Source of the DNA: Thermodesulfobacteriota bacterium
GTDB taxonomy: Bacteria; Desulfobacterota; BSN033; UBA1163
Length of the DNA stretch: 40,799 nt
Direction: 5' to 3'
Assembly: GCA_050014415.1 (NCBI GenBank)
Contig: JBEKDJ010000022.1
Location: forward strand, 1-40,799
Position numbers and translations under genes: made by a program. Every line of letters starts with the position of its first letter. Position 1 is the stretch's first letter. This document shows positions 20,667 through 29,288 of this stretch, piece by piece. Under the pieces are notes generated by a model, which saw only the letters and a program-made list of their open reading frames with translations, was not told the DNA's origin and did not search any database.

Positions 20667-20709
20667 TTGACTTAGATCAAAGATATATTGAATCTTGGCG
20701 TGCTATAAT
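20667..20709 (+). promoter_or_regulatory. FNR/CRP-family box plus extended -10 upstream of hcp
   Basis: TTGAC-TTAG-ATCAA (20667-20680), centred near -42 relative to TGcTATAAT (20701-20709). Confidence 0.65.
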
Positions 20710-20794
20710 GAAGCTATGTTCAATGCTGGGAAAGCAGTGAGAAAAGCTCAGAGTCAAATCTGAGACAATTCATATTTCAAAGGAGGAGAAGATC

Positions 20795-22426
20795 ATGTTC
20801 TGTTATCAGTGTGAGCAAACGGCAAACGGCAAAGGATGTACCAAGATGGGGGTATGCGGCAAGCCATCGGATGTCGCCGTCCTTCAGGATCTACTGATCT
20901 ACGGACTTAAAGGATTGTCCCTATATGCCGTAGAAGGTCGCAAAGTGGGAATCAGGGACCGCGAGTTAAATACCTTTACCGTGGAGGCAATGTTCTCCAC
21001 ATTAACGAATGTCAATTTTGATCCAGAACGGTTTGTCCGTCTGATCCAGCGCTGCGTGGCCCTGAGGGACAATCTGAAGAAAAAGGTCCAGGCTGCCGGA
21101 GGAAAGGTGGACTTTTCAGAGGGTCCGGCCACTTTTAAACCGGCAGAGACCTTGGAAGGGCTCATCCGGCAGGGTGAAGCTGTGGGAGTTCAATCTGATC
21201 CCTCAATCGATCCTGATATCCTTTCGCTTCAGCAAATCCTGACTTACAGCATGAAGGGCGTGGCGGCCTACGCTGATCACGCCCAGATCCTTGGCCAGGA
21301 AGACGATGCTGTTTATGCTTTCATCCACGAGGGCCTTGCCGCCACCCTGAAGAAGGGTTTAACTCTCAACGACTGGGTTGGATTAGTTCTCAAGTGTGGT
21401 GAGATCAATCTCCGGACGATGGAACTTCTTGATGCCGGCAACACAGGAACCTATGGCCACCCTGTGCCTACGAAGGTTCCGTTGGGTGTAAAGAAGGGGA
21501 AGGCCATCCTGATTTCGGGGCATGACCTGAAAGACCTGGAAGGGCTTCTCAAACAATCCGAAGGGAAAGGCATCTACATCTATACCCACGGTGAGATGCT
21601 TCCGGCTCACGGTTACCCCGGGCTCAAGAAGTATCCCCATCTTCTTGGTCACTACGGAACCGCCTGGCAGAACCAGCAAAAGGAGTTTTCTGATTTTCCG
21701 GGTGCCATCCTGATGACCACCAACTGCCTTCAGAAACCAAGGGATTCCTACAAAGGCAATGTCTTTACCAGCGGCCAAGTGGGATGGCCTGACATTACTC
21801 ATATTTCAGATCGGAATTTTAGGCCGGTGATCGAAAGGGCTTTGGCCCTCCCGGGTTTTTCTGAGGACACAGGAGATCGTTCGGTGATGGTCGGATTCGG
21901 AAGAAACACGGTTCTCAGTGTAGCAGGGCAAGTGATCGAGGCCATAAAGAACAAGGCCATCCGGCATTTCTTTCTGGTAGGGGGATGCGATGGCGCCAAA
22001 GCCGGGCGGAACTACTACACCGAATTTGTGGAAAAGGTGCCTAAGGATTGCATGATTCTGACACTCGCCTGTGGGAAATTTCGTTTCTTCGACAAGAATC
22101 TTGGGGACATTGGCGGTATCCCCCGGCTGCTGGACATCGGACAGTGTAATGATTCCTATTCAGCTGTCCAGATCGCTCTGGCTTTGGCTGGTGCCTTCAA
22201 AGTGGGAGTCAATGATCTGCCCCTTTCCATGATCCTTTCGTGGTACGAGCAGAAAGCAGTGGCCATACTCTTGACCCTCCTTCACCTGGGGGTCAAGAAT
22301 ATCAGACTTGGACCGTCTCTCCCGGCGTTTATTTCGCCCAATGTGTTGAAGGTCCTGGTCCAGAATTTCAATATCCAACCGATATCCACTCCAGATGAAG
22401 ATCTGAGAGCAGCCCTCGGAAGCTAA
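20795..22426 (+). CDS. hcp: Hydroxylamine reductase (hybrid cluster / prismane protein)
   Basis: MFCYQCEQT..GC...GVCGK, SGHDL, THGEMLP, TTNC, GGCDG, ACGK, GQCND, SWYEQKA. Confidence 0.97.
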   Translation: MFCYQCEQTANGKGCTKMGVCGKPSDVAVLQDLLIYGLKGLSLYAVEGRKVGIRDRELNTFTVEAMFSTLTNVNFDPERFVRLIQRCVALRDNLKKKVQAAGGKVDFSEGPATFKPAETLEGLIRQGEAVGVQSDPSIDPDILSLQQILTYSMKGVAAYADHAQILGQEDDAVYAFIHEGLAATLKKGLTLNDWVGLVLKCGEINLRTMELLDAGNTGTYGHPVPTKVPLGVKKGKAILISGHDLKDLEGLLKQSEGKGIYIYTHGEMLPAHGYPGLKKYPHLLGHYGTAWQNQQKEFSDFPGAILMTTNCLQKPRDSYKGNVFTSGQVGWPDITHISDRNFRPVIERALALPGFSEDTGDRSVMVGFGRNTVLSVAGQVIEAIKNKAIRHFFLVGGCDGAKAGRNYYTEFVEKVPKDCMILTLACGKFRFFDKNLGDIGGIPRLLDIGQCNDSYSAVQIALALAGAFKVGVNDLPLSMILSWYEQKAVAILLTLLHLGVKNIRLGPSLPAFISPNVLKVLVQNFNIQPISTPDEDLRAALGS

Positions 22427-22523
22427 TAAGCGGACCCCGGAATCCTCCCTCTCCCGGCGGGAGAGGGAGGGGGTAAAGGGAAATATGCCACCGCCCACCA
22501 CCACTTCTATCCTCACCCATCAA

Positions 22524-22765
22524 GAGACTGTGTCATAAGGAACGAGAAGCTACTTCCTTTGCAAGACGGAACAGGCGGTGGGGTGACGAAGCTTTAGAGC
22601 GGAAACCTTTCATTGCTCAGCTTCGGGGCTCCAAACCCATGCAAAGAATCCCATTTCTAAGAAGGCCGATTACCCAAAACTCTAAACGACCGCATTCTAA
22701 AGCTGAGGAGCCTGACTGCCTGTTCCGCCGCAATCTACCCTCCCTCATCATTACGACACAGTCTC
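22524..22765. mobile_element. 242-bp MITE inserted in a REP-like repeat
   Basis: 15-bp terminal IRs GAGACTGTGTCATAA / TTACGACACAGTCTC (14/15 match), flanked by a CAA direct repeat; no transposase. Confidence 0.8.
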
Positions 22766-22822
22766 CAAGTAGGAGGGCAATATTTGGCAATTTTCCCATG
22801 CTTCGTGGGTGAGGCGATAAAT

Positions 22823-22918
22823 AAAAAAGGGATCAGTTAGAGGAGGGTCTTAACTGATCCCCGCCAGTACATCAATAGGAGTGGAACAAGGAGGTGATTT
22901 GTTTTGGCGTACTGGACT
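22823..22918 (-). ncRNA. Candidate small RNA with CCUCC-bearing loops
   Basis: Extended -10 upstream, hairpin CCAGTAC/GTACTGG, then an 11-bp terminator stem GGGATCAGTTA/TAACTGATCCC plus T6. Confidence 0.5.
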
Positions 22919-22924
22919 ATAAAA

Positions 22925-22969
22925 ACTATACCATGACAACATTAAAACGAGATTAAAATCGGATTAAAA
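22925..22969 (-). promoter_or_regulatory. Extended -10 with three 11-bp-periodic direct repeats
   Basis: TGgTATAGT (22933-22925); ATTAAAA at 22941, 22952 and 22963. Confidence 0.55.
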
Positions 22970-23651
22970 TCCTCTAAGATTCCGGTTGATTCTTGCTGAG
23001 GTCGTTGAACCCTGGTTTTCTGATTTCACTGCTCCCTGGTTCCGGACTGCAGGAGCCTCCGGATGAAGATGATCCGAGAGTCCCGCATGGGGGGAGAACA
23101 CTGAACCTACAGTTCAACCTGTGGAGTAATAAGCGTCTTTGATCGCACTTTGTGAATATGAAAGGTACGTGAAGGAAAACATGGGGAATATTTGGTGGTA
23201 AGCAAAGGGGTAAATAAAGGGGAGATAGAAATAGGGCATCGACCGCTAGGCCAGCTCACTACTCTACTCGATGCCCTATTGGAATTTCTCAGAACTTCTA
23301 AAGGAGGGGCCAAAGGAAGCCCCGTCCTTTCATATTTGGTGTTACCACTTTCCAATAACCGGTACGTCGCCGGCCATTCCGTAGCCGAGGATACGTAAGT
23401 CGATCGTCGACCCTTCCCAGATGCCATTGCCGTTCAGATATGTAATCTGCACCTAATCGATGTGATCAAGGACTTGTGGCCTTTTTTAAAAAGCTCTCTT
23501 GGCAATCTTTGGGAAGAGAGACATGGGGTTTTATGCGCAAGCCGGAGGCCAATTGAAAGAAAAATGGTTGCAAAGTCGGTAAACGCTTGATTCTGTACCG
23601 TTCTTTCCCTCCATCAATCCATATTGAAAGATGAATTCAGTTCAAACTGGT

Positions 23652-23750
23652 TGCCTACTATAATGGGCAGCGTCTTTCAAAATCGTGTGGATTTCATATT
23701 TAACTTTTCGTAATATTTAGATTTTCATGAACTGCCTATAATAATAGGCA
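23652..23750. promoter_or_regulatory. Two palindromic operator-like sites TGCCTA-N6-T(A/G)GGCA
   Basis: TGCCTACTATAATGGGCA (23652-23669) and TGCCTATAATAATAGGCA (23733-23750). Confidence 0.5.
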
Positions 23751-23881
23751 ATTCTCAAATCTATAGGCAATCAGACCGCTACATAATTCGATTTCTTGAG
23801 GCTTGGTCAAAAGAAAGAGATTTCTTTAGGTATTTCTTAGAATTCAATAATGATTTAGAAAACTTGGTTCAATTCCTCCTA

Positions 23882-23910
23882 TTGAAAATTGGGTGGTAAT
23901 GGGGTAATGT
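23882..23910 (+). promoter_or_regulatory. Putative sigma70 promoter of the LPS cluster
   Basis: TTGAAA-17 bp-TAATGT ending 7 nt before the ATG. Confidence 0.45.
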
Positions 23911-23917
23911 TTCAGCA

Positions 23918-24982
23918 ATGGGACATCGGAAGATCCTTGTTCTGAGGCTTGGCGCAGTGGGAGACGTCATTCGAACACTGCCTGCGGTTAAGGCCCTGAA
24001 AGATTGCTACCCTTCCTCTCACATCGCCTGGGTCATTGAAGAACCATCCAAAGCTTTGTTAGATAGCCAGCCCGAGATCGACGAGGTAATCCTATTTCCG
24101 AGAAAAAGGTGGACGGAGGGAATCAGATCGCCGAGAGAGATGTGGAAAACGATCGGGGAGGCATTGGGATTCATTAAGGATCTTCGGGGGCGAGGATTTG
24201 ATGTCGTTCTCGACTTTCATGGAATACTGAAAAGTGGACTTATCTCCTTTTTCTCAGGTGCACCCAAGCGGGTTGGATTTGATCGAAGATCGAGCAAGGA
24301 GTTCAATTTCCTTTTTTCTAATGTTAAGGTGAGACTTCAAGATGGTAAGGTGAGTCGAAATAGAAGAAACCTAAGCCTCCTCGGAGGAATCGGATTGAAG
24401 CCGGATGGTTTCAGACCGGGCCTTCATATTCCTTCAAAGGATCGCGAGTATATTGAATCTTTCTTCAAAGGATTATCAATCTCGGCTAAGGGCCCTTTGA
24501 TTGCCGTGCATCCCGGGACGAGCCCGAAGACCTCGTATAAAAGGTGGATGCCGAATCAGTATTCACAGGTGGCGGATCGGCTGGTCCGTGAATTGAGGGC
24601 ATCCATCATATTTACTTGGGGCCCGGAAGAGTTGAAATGGGTGGAAGGTATTCAGAAAGAGATGAAGGAAGCCTCTATCTTGGGGCCCAAGACAGAATCT
24701 TTGACACAGTTGGGAGAGGTTTACAGACGCTGCCATCTTTATCTGGGAGGGGACACCGGACCAATGCACATTGCCTCCTTCATGGGAATCCCCGCGGTCG
24801 TCATCTACGGTCCGACAGATCCTATTGTGAATGAGCCTCTGGGGCAGCACAGAAGAGTCAGAAAAGAGGTGGGTTGCAATCCCTGCCGAAATCGTTCCTG
24901 TAAAGAGCTGACTTGTTTGAAGGCGGTTACTGTTGATGATGTCTTCATGGCAGTAGAAGAGGTTTTGTCTGCAACTATTTGA
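23918..24982 (+). CDS. Glycosyltransferase family 9 (LPS heptosyltransferase)
   Basis: ILVLRLGAVGDV, LDFHGILKS, HPGTS..KRW, GGDTGPMH, C-terminal Cys cluster. Confidence 0.9.
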   Translation: MGHRKILVLRLGAVGDVIRTLPAVKALKDCYPSSHIAWVIEEPSKALLDSQPEIDEVILFPRKRWTEGIRSPREMWKTIGEALGFIKDLRGRGFDVVLDFHGILKSGLISFFSGAPKRVGFDRRSSKEFNFLFSNVKVRLQDGKVSRNRRNLSLLGGIGLKPDGFRPGLHIPSKDREYIESFFKGLSISAKGPLIAVHPGTSPKTSYKRWMPNQYSQVADRLVRELRASIIFTWGPEELKWVEGIQKEMKEASILGPKTESLTQLGEVYRRCHLYLGGDTGPMHIASFMGIPAVVIYGPTDPIVNEPLGQHRRVRKEVGCNPCRNRSCKELTCLKAVTVDDVFMAVEEVLSATI

Positions 24983-24989
24983 AACCTTA

Positions 24990-25018
24990 TTGACTTGAAA
25001 GGATTTACATAATACTAT
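24990..25018 (+). promoter_or_regulatory. Putative internal sigma70 promoter
   Basis: TTGACT-17 bp-TACTAT. Confidence 0.55.
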
Positions 25019-25156
25019 TCTTGAATTATCTGTGATGAAGTTCCTAAAATTACAAGGATTGGATGGGTCAGAAGTCCGTAAATGAAAAGTGGAGGGTCCA
25101 AAGTGGCTAAAAAAATACTCGACTCTCCGCCCTCAAATCTCTAGACCCTTCAGGCA

Positions 25157-26215
25157 ATGGGTAATATGAAATCCGATCTTAGAGGGGTGAGCCGAATATT
25201 GGTTAGAGGCGCGAACTGGGTGGGGGATACTGTCCTCACCTATCCAGCAGTACAGCAATTGAAAACGCTCTTTCCCCATTCCCATCTATCCATCCTTGTT
25301 TCGAGCCCTCTGGTCGATTTGTGGAAGACATTCCCTTATGTCGATGAGATCATCCCTCTTCAGAAGGAAAAAGGTATCGGATCTCTTGGGAGAGACTTGA
25401 CCGTCGGCCGATCCCTGATGGAGAGGAGTTTTGATTTGGCGGTTATCCTTCCAAGATCTTTTCGCTCGGCCTTCCAGATCTACTTGGCTCGAATTCCGAT
25501 TCGGATTGGTTATCGAGATAAAGGGCGTTCATTTCTCCTTACCCACGGAATTCATCGCACCCAAGAAGTCCTTCGTTCCCATCGGGTCCATTATTTCCAA
25601 AAACTGACTGAACCCTTGGGGGAAGCAGGAAGTTATCCTACTCCCCGGATCTTCCTCAGGGAGGAGGATCGAAGATGGGCTGAGCAGGTGCTAACGGATT
25701 TGAACCTATCAGATGGGAAACTTTTGATCGGCATGAACCCCGGTGCCACTTATGGCCTGGCCAAATGTTGGTATCCGGATAGGTTCGGGGATTTAGGGAA
25801 AAGACTCTGCAAGAAATGGGATGCCACTTTGCTCCTCTTCGGAAAAGAAGAGGAGAGGCCCATTGCCAGGGAGATTCTAAAGAACTCCGAAGACGGGGGG
25901 ATTGATTTGACCGGCAAGACGAGTCTTCTTCAATTGGCTGCCCTGTTGGAGCGTTGTCAGCTCCTCGTGACCAATGATACAGGGACGATGCACGTAGCCG
26001 CTGCCGTCGGGACACCTGTCATCGCCCTCTTTGGTTCGACCGATCCTTCTGTTACAGGGCCCTGGGGAAACGGCCATGTGGTCGTGAGGAAGGATGTTCC
26101 TTGCAGCCCCTGTTTGAAAAGGGTCTGTCCCGCTGACCATCGATGTATGGACCTCATCACAGTCGATGAAGTGGAGGAGGCGGTTATCGGCAGGTTGAAG
26201 AATAGAGAGACATGA
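25157..26215 (+). CDS. waaF: LPS heptosyltransferase II
   Basis: NWVGD, LPRSFRSA, NPGATYGLAKCW, TNDTG-MH. Confidence 0.85.
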   Translation: MGNMKSDLRGVSRILVRGANWVGDTVLTYPAVQQLKTLFPHSHLSILVSSPLVDLWKTFPYVDEIIPLQKEKGIGSLGRDLTVGRSLMERSFDLAVILPRSFRSAFQIYLARIPIRIGYRDKGRSFLLTHGIHRTQEVLRSHRVHYFQKLTEPLGEAGSYPTPRIFLREEDRRWAEQVLTDLNLSDGKLLIGMNPGATYGLAKCWYPDRFGDLGKRLCKKWDATLLLFGKEEERPIAREILKNSEDGGIDLTGKTSLLQLAALLERCQLLVTNDTGTMHVAAAVGTPVIALFGSTDPSVTGPWGNGHVVVRKDVPCSPCLKRVCPADHRCMDLITVDEVEEAVIGRLKNRET

Positions 26216-26994
26216 TGGAGACGATCCCGGTTTCTGTTTATGTCCTCACCTTCAATAACAGCAGAACGATTGAGCAATGTTTGAAGAGCCTTGCGTGGGC
26301 AGAGGAATTGGTCGTCGTCGATTCGTTCAGCACAGACGGAACCTATGAGATCTGTCAACGATATACAAACAAGGTCTACCGGAGAGAATGGAAAGGGCAT
26401 TGCGATCAGTATCAGTACGCCGCCGATCTCACCACCCGGGAGTGGATCATGTTTGTCGATGCGGATGAGGAGGTTCCTTTAGAGTTGGCGGAAGAGATTC
26501 AGAGGGAGTTGGACGGAGGGGTCAAAGACTCGGACGGCTTTTTTGTCTATCGACGCACTTATTACCTGGGGAGATGGATCCGGTATGGGGGATGGTATCC
26601 TGATGGAGAGATTCGACTCTATCGCAAGGGTAGAGGAAGGTGGAAGGGTGGATTACACGCCAAGGTCGTGGTGGACGGGAAGGTAGGCTTTCTAAAGAGC
26701 CAATATCTCCACTATACGTACCGGGATATTTCAGACCAGATTCAGACCGTCGATAAGTATTCTCGGATTGCTGCTGAAGATCTGGCACAGGCGGGAAAGA
26801 AATTCAGCCTCCTCAAGCTCCTCTTTCATCCTCCATTTCGATTCATCAAAGAGTACATTTTTAAGTCGGGGTTTCGGGATGGGCTCCCTGGCCTGATCAT
26901 TGTCGTTACAACGATGTTTTACGTTTTTATCAAGCATGCGAAGCTTTGGGAACTGACAAGCTCGAAAAAGGAGATAGGAAATGGCTCCCGATGA
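26212..26994 (+). CDS. Glycosyltransferase family 2 (KdtX/WaaE-like LPS core glucosyltransferase)
   Basis: VVDSFSTDGT, DADE, GGWYPD, GFRDG-PG. Confidence 0.88.
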   Translation: MMETIPVSVYVLTFNNSRTIEQCLKSLAWAEELVVVDSFSTDGTYEICQRYTNKVYRREWKGHCDQYQYAADLTTREWIMFVDADEEVPLELAEEIQRELDGGVKDSDGFFVYRRTYYLGRWIRYGGWYPDGEIRLYRKGRGRWKGGLHAKVVVDGKVGFLKSQYLHYTYRDISDQIQTVDKYSRIAAEDLAQAGKKFSLLKLLFHPPFRFIKEYIFKSGFRDGLPGLIIVVTTMFYVFIKHAKLWELTSSKKEIGNGSR

Positions 26995-27979
26995 GGAGGC
27001 CTTCAAAGAAAGAAGAGTCCTGGTCACAGGTGGATTGGGGTTCATAGGATCGAATCTTTCTGCGCAGCTAGTGAGGCTGGGGGCCAAGGTGACGATCGTG
27101 GATAGTATGATTCCCCGTCTCGGAGGGAACCTTTTCAACGTGAAGGAGATCGCCGATCATCTCCGTATCAACTTCAGTGATGTGAGGGACGCCCACTCCA
27201 TGGATTATCTGGTAAAGGGACAAGAATATATCTTTCACCTTGCCGGTCAGGTGAACCATGTCGATAGCATTCGGAATCCCATTCAGGATCTGGACATTAA
27301 CTGTCGGGGAACCCTCGTGCTTCTGGAATCGTGTCGAAGGAACAATCGTGATGTGAGGATTGTTTTTGCAGGGACAAGGGGGGAATACGGTTCGAGCGTG
27401 ACCTTGCCGGTTGCCGAGGACCACCCCACCAATCCCAAGGGGATTTATGCGGTGACGAATTTGACGGCTGAGAAGATGGTACTTGTCTATCATGATGTCC
27501 ACAAGATCTCGGGGACCTGTCTCCGGATCACGAATACCTATGGGCCCCGACACCAGATGGCCCATGATGAATATGGCGTCCTTAATTGGTTCATCCGGAA
27601 GGCCATCGACGGTGAGATGATCCCCGTCTTCGGAGACGGCAGAATATTAAGAGATTTCCTCTATGTCGATGATTTAGTCGATTGTTTCTTGCAAGTCGGA
27701 ACCTGTCGCTCTGCCTACGGAGAGGTGTTCAATGTAGGAACGGGGATACCGATCAGTTTCTTCGATCTTGCGAAGAAGATCATTGAGATTACAGGAACGG
27801 GGAGAGTTGGGTTGACCGAATTTACACAGGAGCGAAGGGAAGTGGAACCAGGTGATTATTATACGAATGTCTCCAAAATCAAGCGCATCGTGGGTTGGAA
27901 GCCTAGGACTGACCTCGAGGAGGGTCTGCGAGGGACGATCGAATTCTACAAAAAGCATAAGAAAGAATATTGGGGCTAA
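26981..27979 (+). CDS. NAD-dependent epimerase/dehydratase
   Basis: TGGLGFIG, FHLAG, NTYGP, RDFLYVDD; the catalytic motif reads YAVTN rather than YxxxK. Confidence 0.9.
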   Translation: MAPDEEAFKERRVLVTGGLGFIGSNLSAQLVRLGAKVTIVDSMIPRLGGNLFNVKEIADHLRINFSDVRDAHSMDYLVKGQEYIFHLAGQVNHVDSIRNPIQDLDINCRGTLVLLESCRRNNRDVRIVFAGTRGEYGSSVTLPVAEDHPTNPKGIYAVTNLTAEKMVLVYHDVHKISGTCLRITNTYGPRHQMAHDEYGVLNWFIRKAIDGEMIPVFGDGRILRDFLYVDDLVDCFLQVGTCRSAYGEVFNVGTGIPISFFDLAKKIIEITGTGRVGLTEFTQERREVEPGDYYTNVSKIKRIVGWKPRTDLEEGLRGTIEFYKKHKKEYWG

Positions 27980-28127
27980 AATATAGAATATACGTTTATA
28001 GATCTCAGACTGGAGATTGAAATCGTGAGAAGATCCAAAGAACGATGTGTATCGAAAACAAGCTGAATACTCGGGTCTCCCAATCTGAAACCTGAGAGGC
28101 GAAATCTGAACGATTTGGATAGCCGGG

Positions 28128-29288
28128 ATGGTTCCTTTTAACGACTTAAGAAGACAATACAGCCGGATTAAAGAAGAGATTCTTTCTGCTATTAGAAAAG
28201 TTCATGAAAAAGGTCGTTTCATCTTAGGAGAAGAGGTTTTAGCTTTTGAGAAGGAATTCGCCAAATACTGTGGTGTCCGGTATGGAGTCGGCGTGGCTTC
28301 AGGAACGGATGCCATTTCGGTGGCTTTAAAAACAGCAGGCATTGGAGAAGGCGATGAAGTCGTCACCGTAGCCAACACCTTTGTTGCCACGGCCTTAGCC
28401 ATCTCCTTCGCAGGGGCAAAACCCGTCTTTGTGGAGATTGATCCCAGAACCTATACGATGGATCCAGGCAGGCTGGAGCTCCTTTTAAGGCGTCGAAAGG
28501 CAAAGAAGGAGGGCAGAAAGATCAAGGCACTCCTTCCTGTCCATCTTTACGGCCATCCTGCGGAGATGGATTCGATCATGGAGATCGCAAAACGTTATGA
28601 TCTCATCGTTATTGAGGATGCCTGCCAAGCCCACGGCGCGAAATACAATGGGAAGAAGGCGGGCTCCTTCGGCGCATTGGGTTGTTTCAGCTTCTATCCT
28701 ACCAAGAACCTGGGTGGATCTGGGGATGGTGGAATGATAGTGACGGACAATGAAAAATACCTCGAGAAACTGAGGCTCTTGCGCTGTTATGGAGAGAAGA
28801 AGAGATACCAACATCTCCTCAAGGGGGGCAACAGCCGTTTGGATGAGATCCAGGCAGCAATTCTTCGAGTCAAATTGAAATACCTGGATCAATGGAACAG
28901 CGAACGGAGAAGGAAGGCCAAGATCTACACGGAGCTACTTGCTCCATCGGGAGCCGAATGTCCCATAGAGGGAGAAGGAGTTAAGCATGTCTACCACCTC
29001 TACGTGATCCGGACAAGGAAGAGAAATTCTGTCCAAGCCTTCCTAAAGGGCAAGGGGATCGAGACCCTTATCCATTACCCTGTTCCCATCTATCGGCAGC
29101 GAGCCTTTAGGGAATTGGGATATCAAAGGGGCGACCTGATGATGACGGAAGATTTCTGCGGGAAGATTCTATCCCTTCCGTTCTTTCCGGAAATCGAAGA
29201 ATCGGAGATGGAAGAAGTGGCATGGGCGGTTCAAGTCTTTTTCAACCAGCCTTCCTTGCAGGGGCAACGGACAGGAGGCAGTCGGTGA
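28128..29288 (+). CDS. DegT/DnrJ/EryC1/StrS sugar aminotransferase
   Basis: SGTDA, PVHLYG, EDACQAHGA, SFYPTKNLG, NSRLDEIQAA. Confidence 0.93.
   Translation: MVPFNDLRRQYSRIKEEILSAIRKVHEKGRFILGEEVLAFEKEFAKYCGVRYGVGVASGTDAISVALKTAGIGEGDEVVTVANTFVATALAISFAGAKPVFVEIDPRTYTMDPGRLELLLRRRKAKKEGRKIKALLPVHLYGHPAEMDSIMEIAKRYDLIVIEDACQAHGAKYNGKKAGSFGALGCFSFYPTKNLGGSGDGGMIVTDNEKYLEKLRLLRCYGEKKRYQHLLKGGNSRLDEIQAAILRVKLKYLDQWNSERRRKAKIYTELLAPSGAECPIEGEGVKHVYHLYVIRTRKRNSVQAFLKGKGIETLIHYPVPIYRQRAFRELGYQRGDLMMTEDFCGKILSLPFFPEIEESEMEEVAWAVQVFFNQPSLQGQRTGGSR

Noticed and set aside
23107-23427. 106-aa minus and 68-aa plus ORFs in the gene-free region
   Set aside because: No motifs or convincing RBS; they overlap strong hairpins.
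23480-23600. Possible c-di-GMP riboswitch upstream of the LPS cluster
   Set aside because: The GGCAAAC/GCAAA core and the paired P1-P3 layout could not be found.
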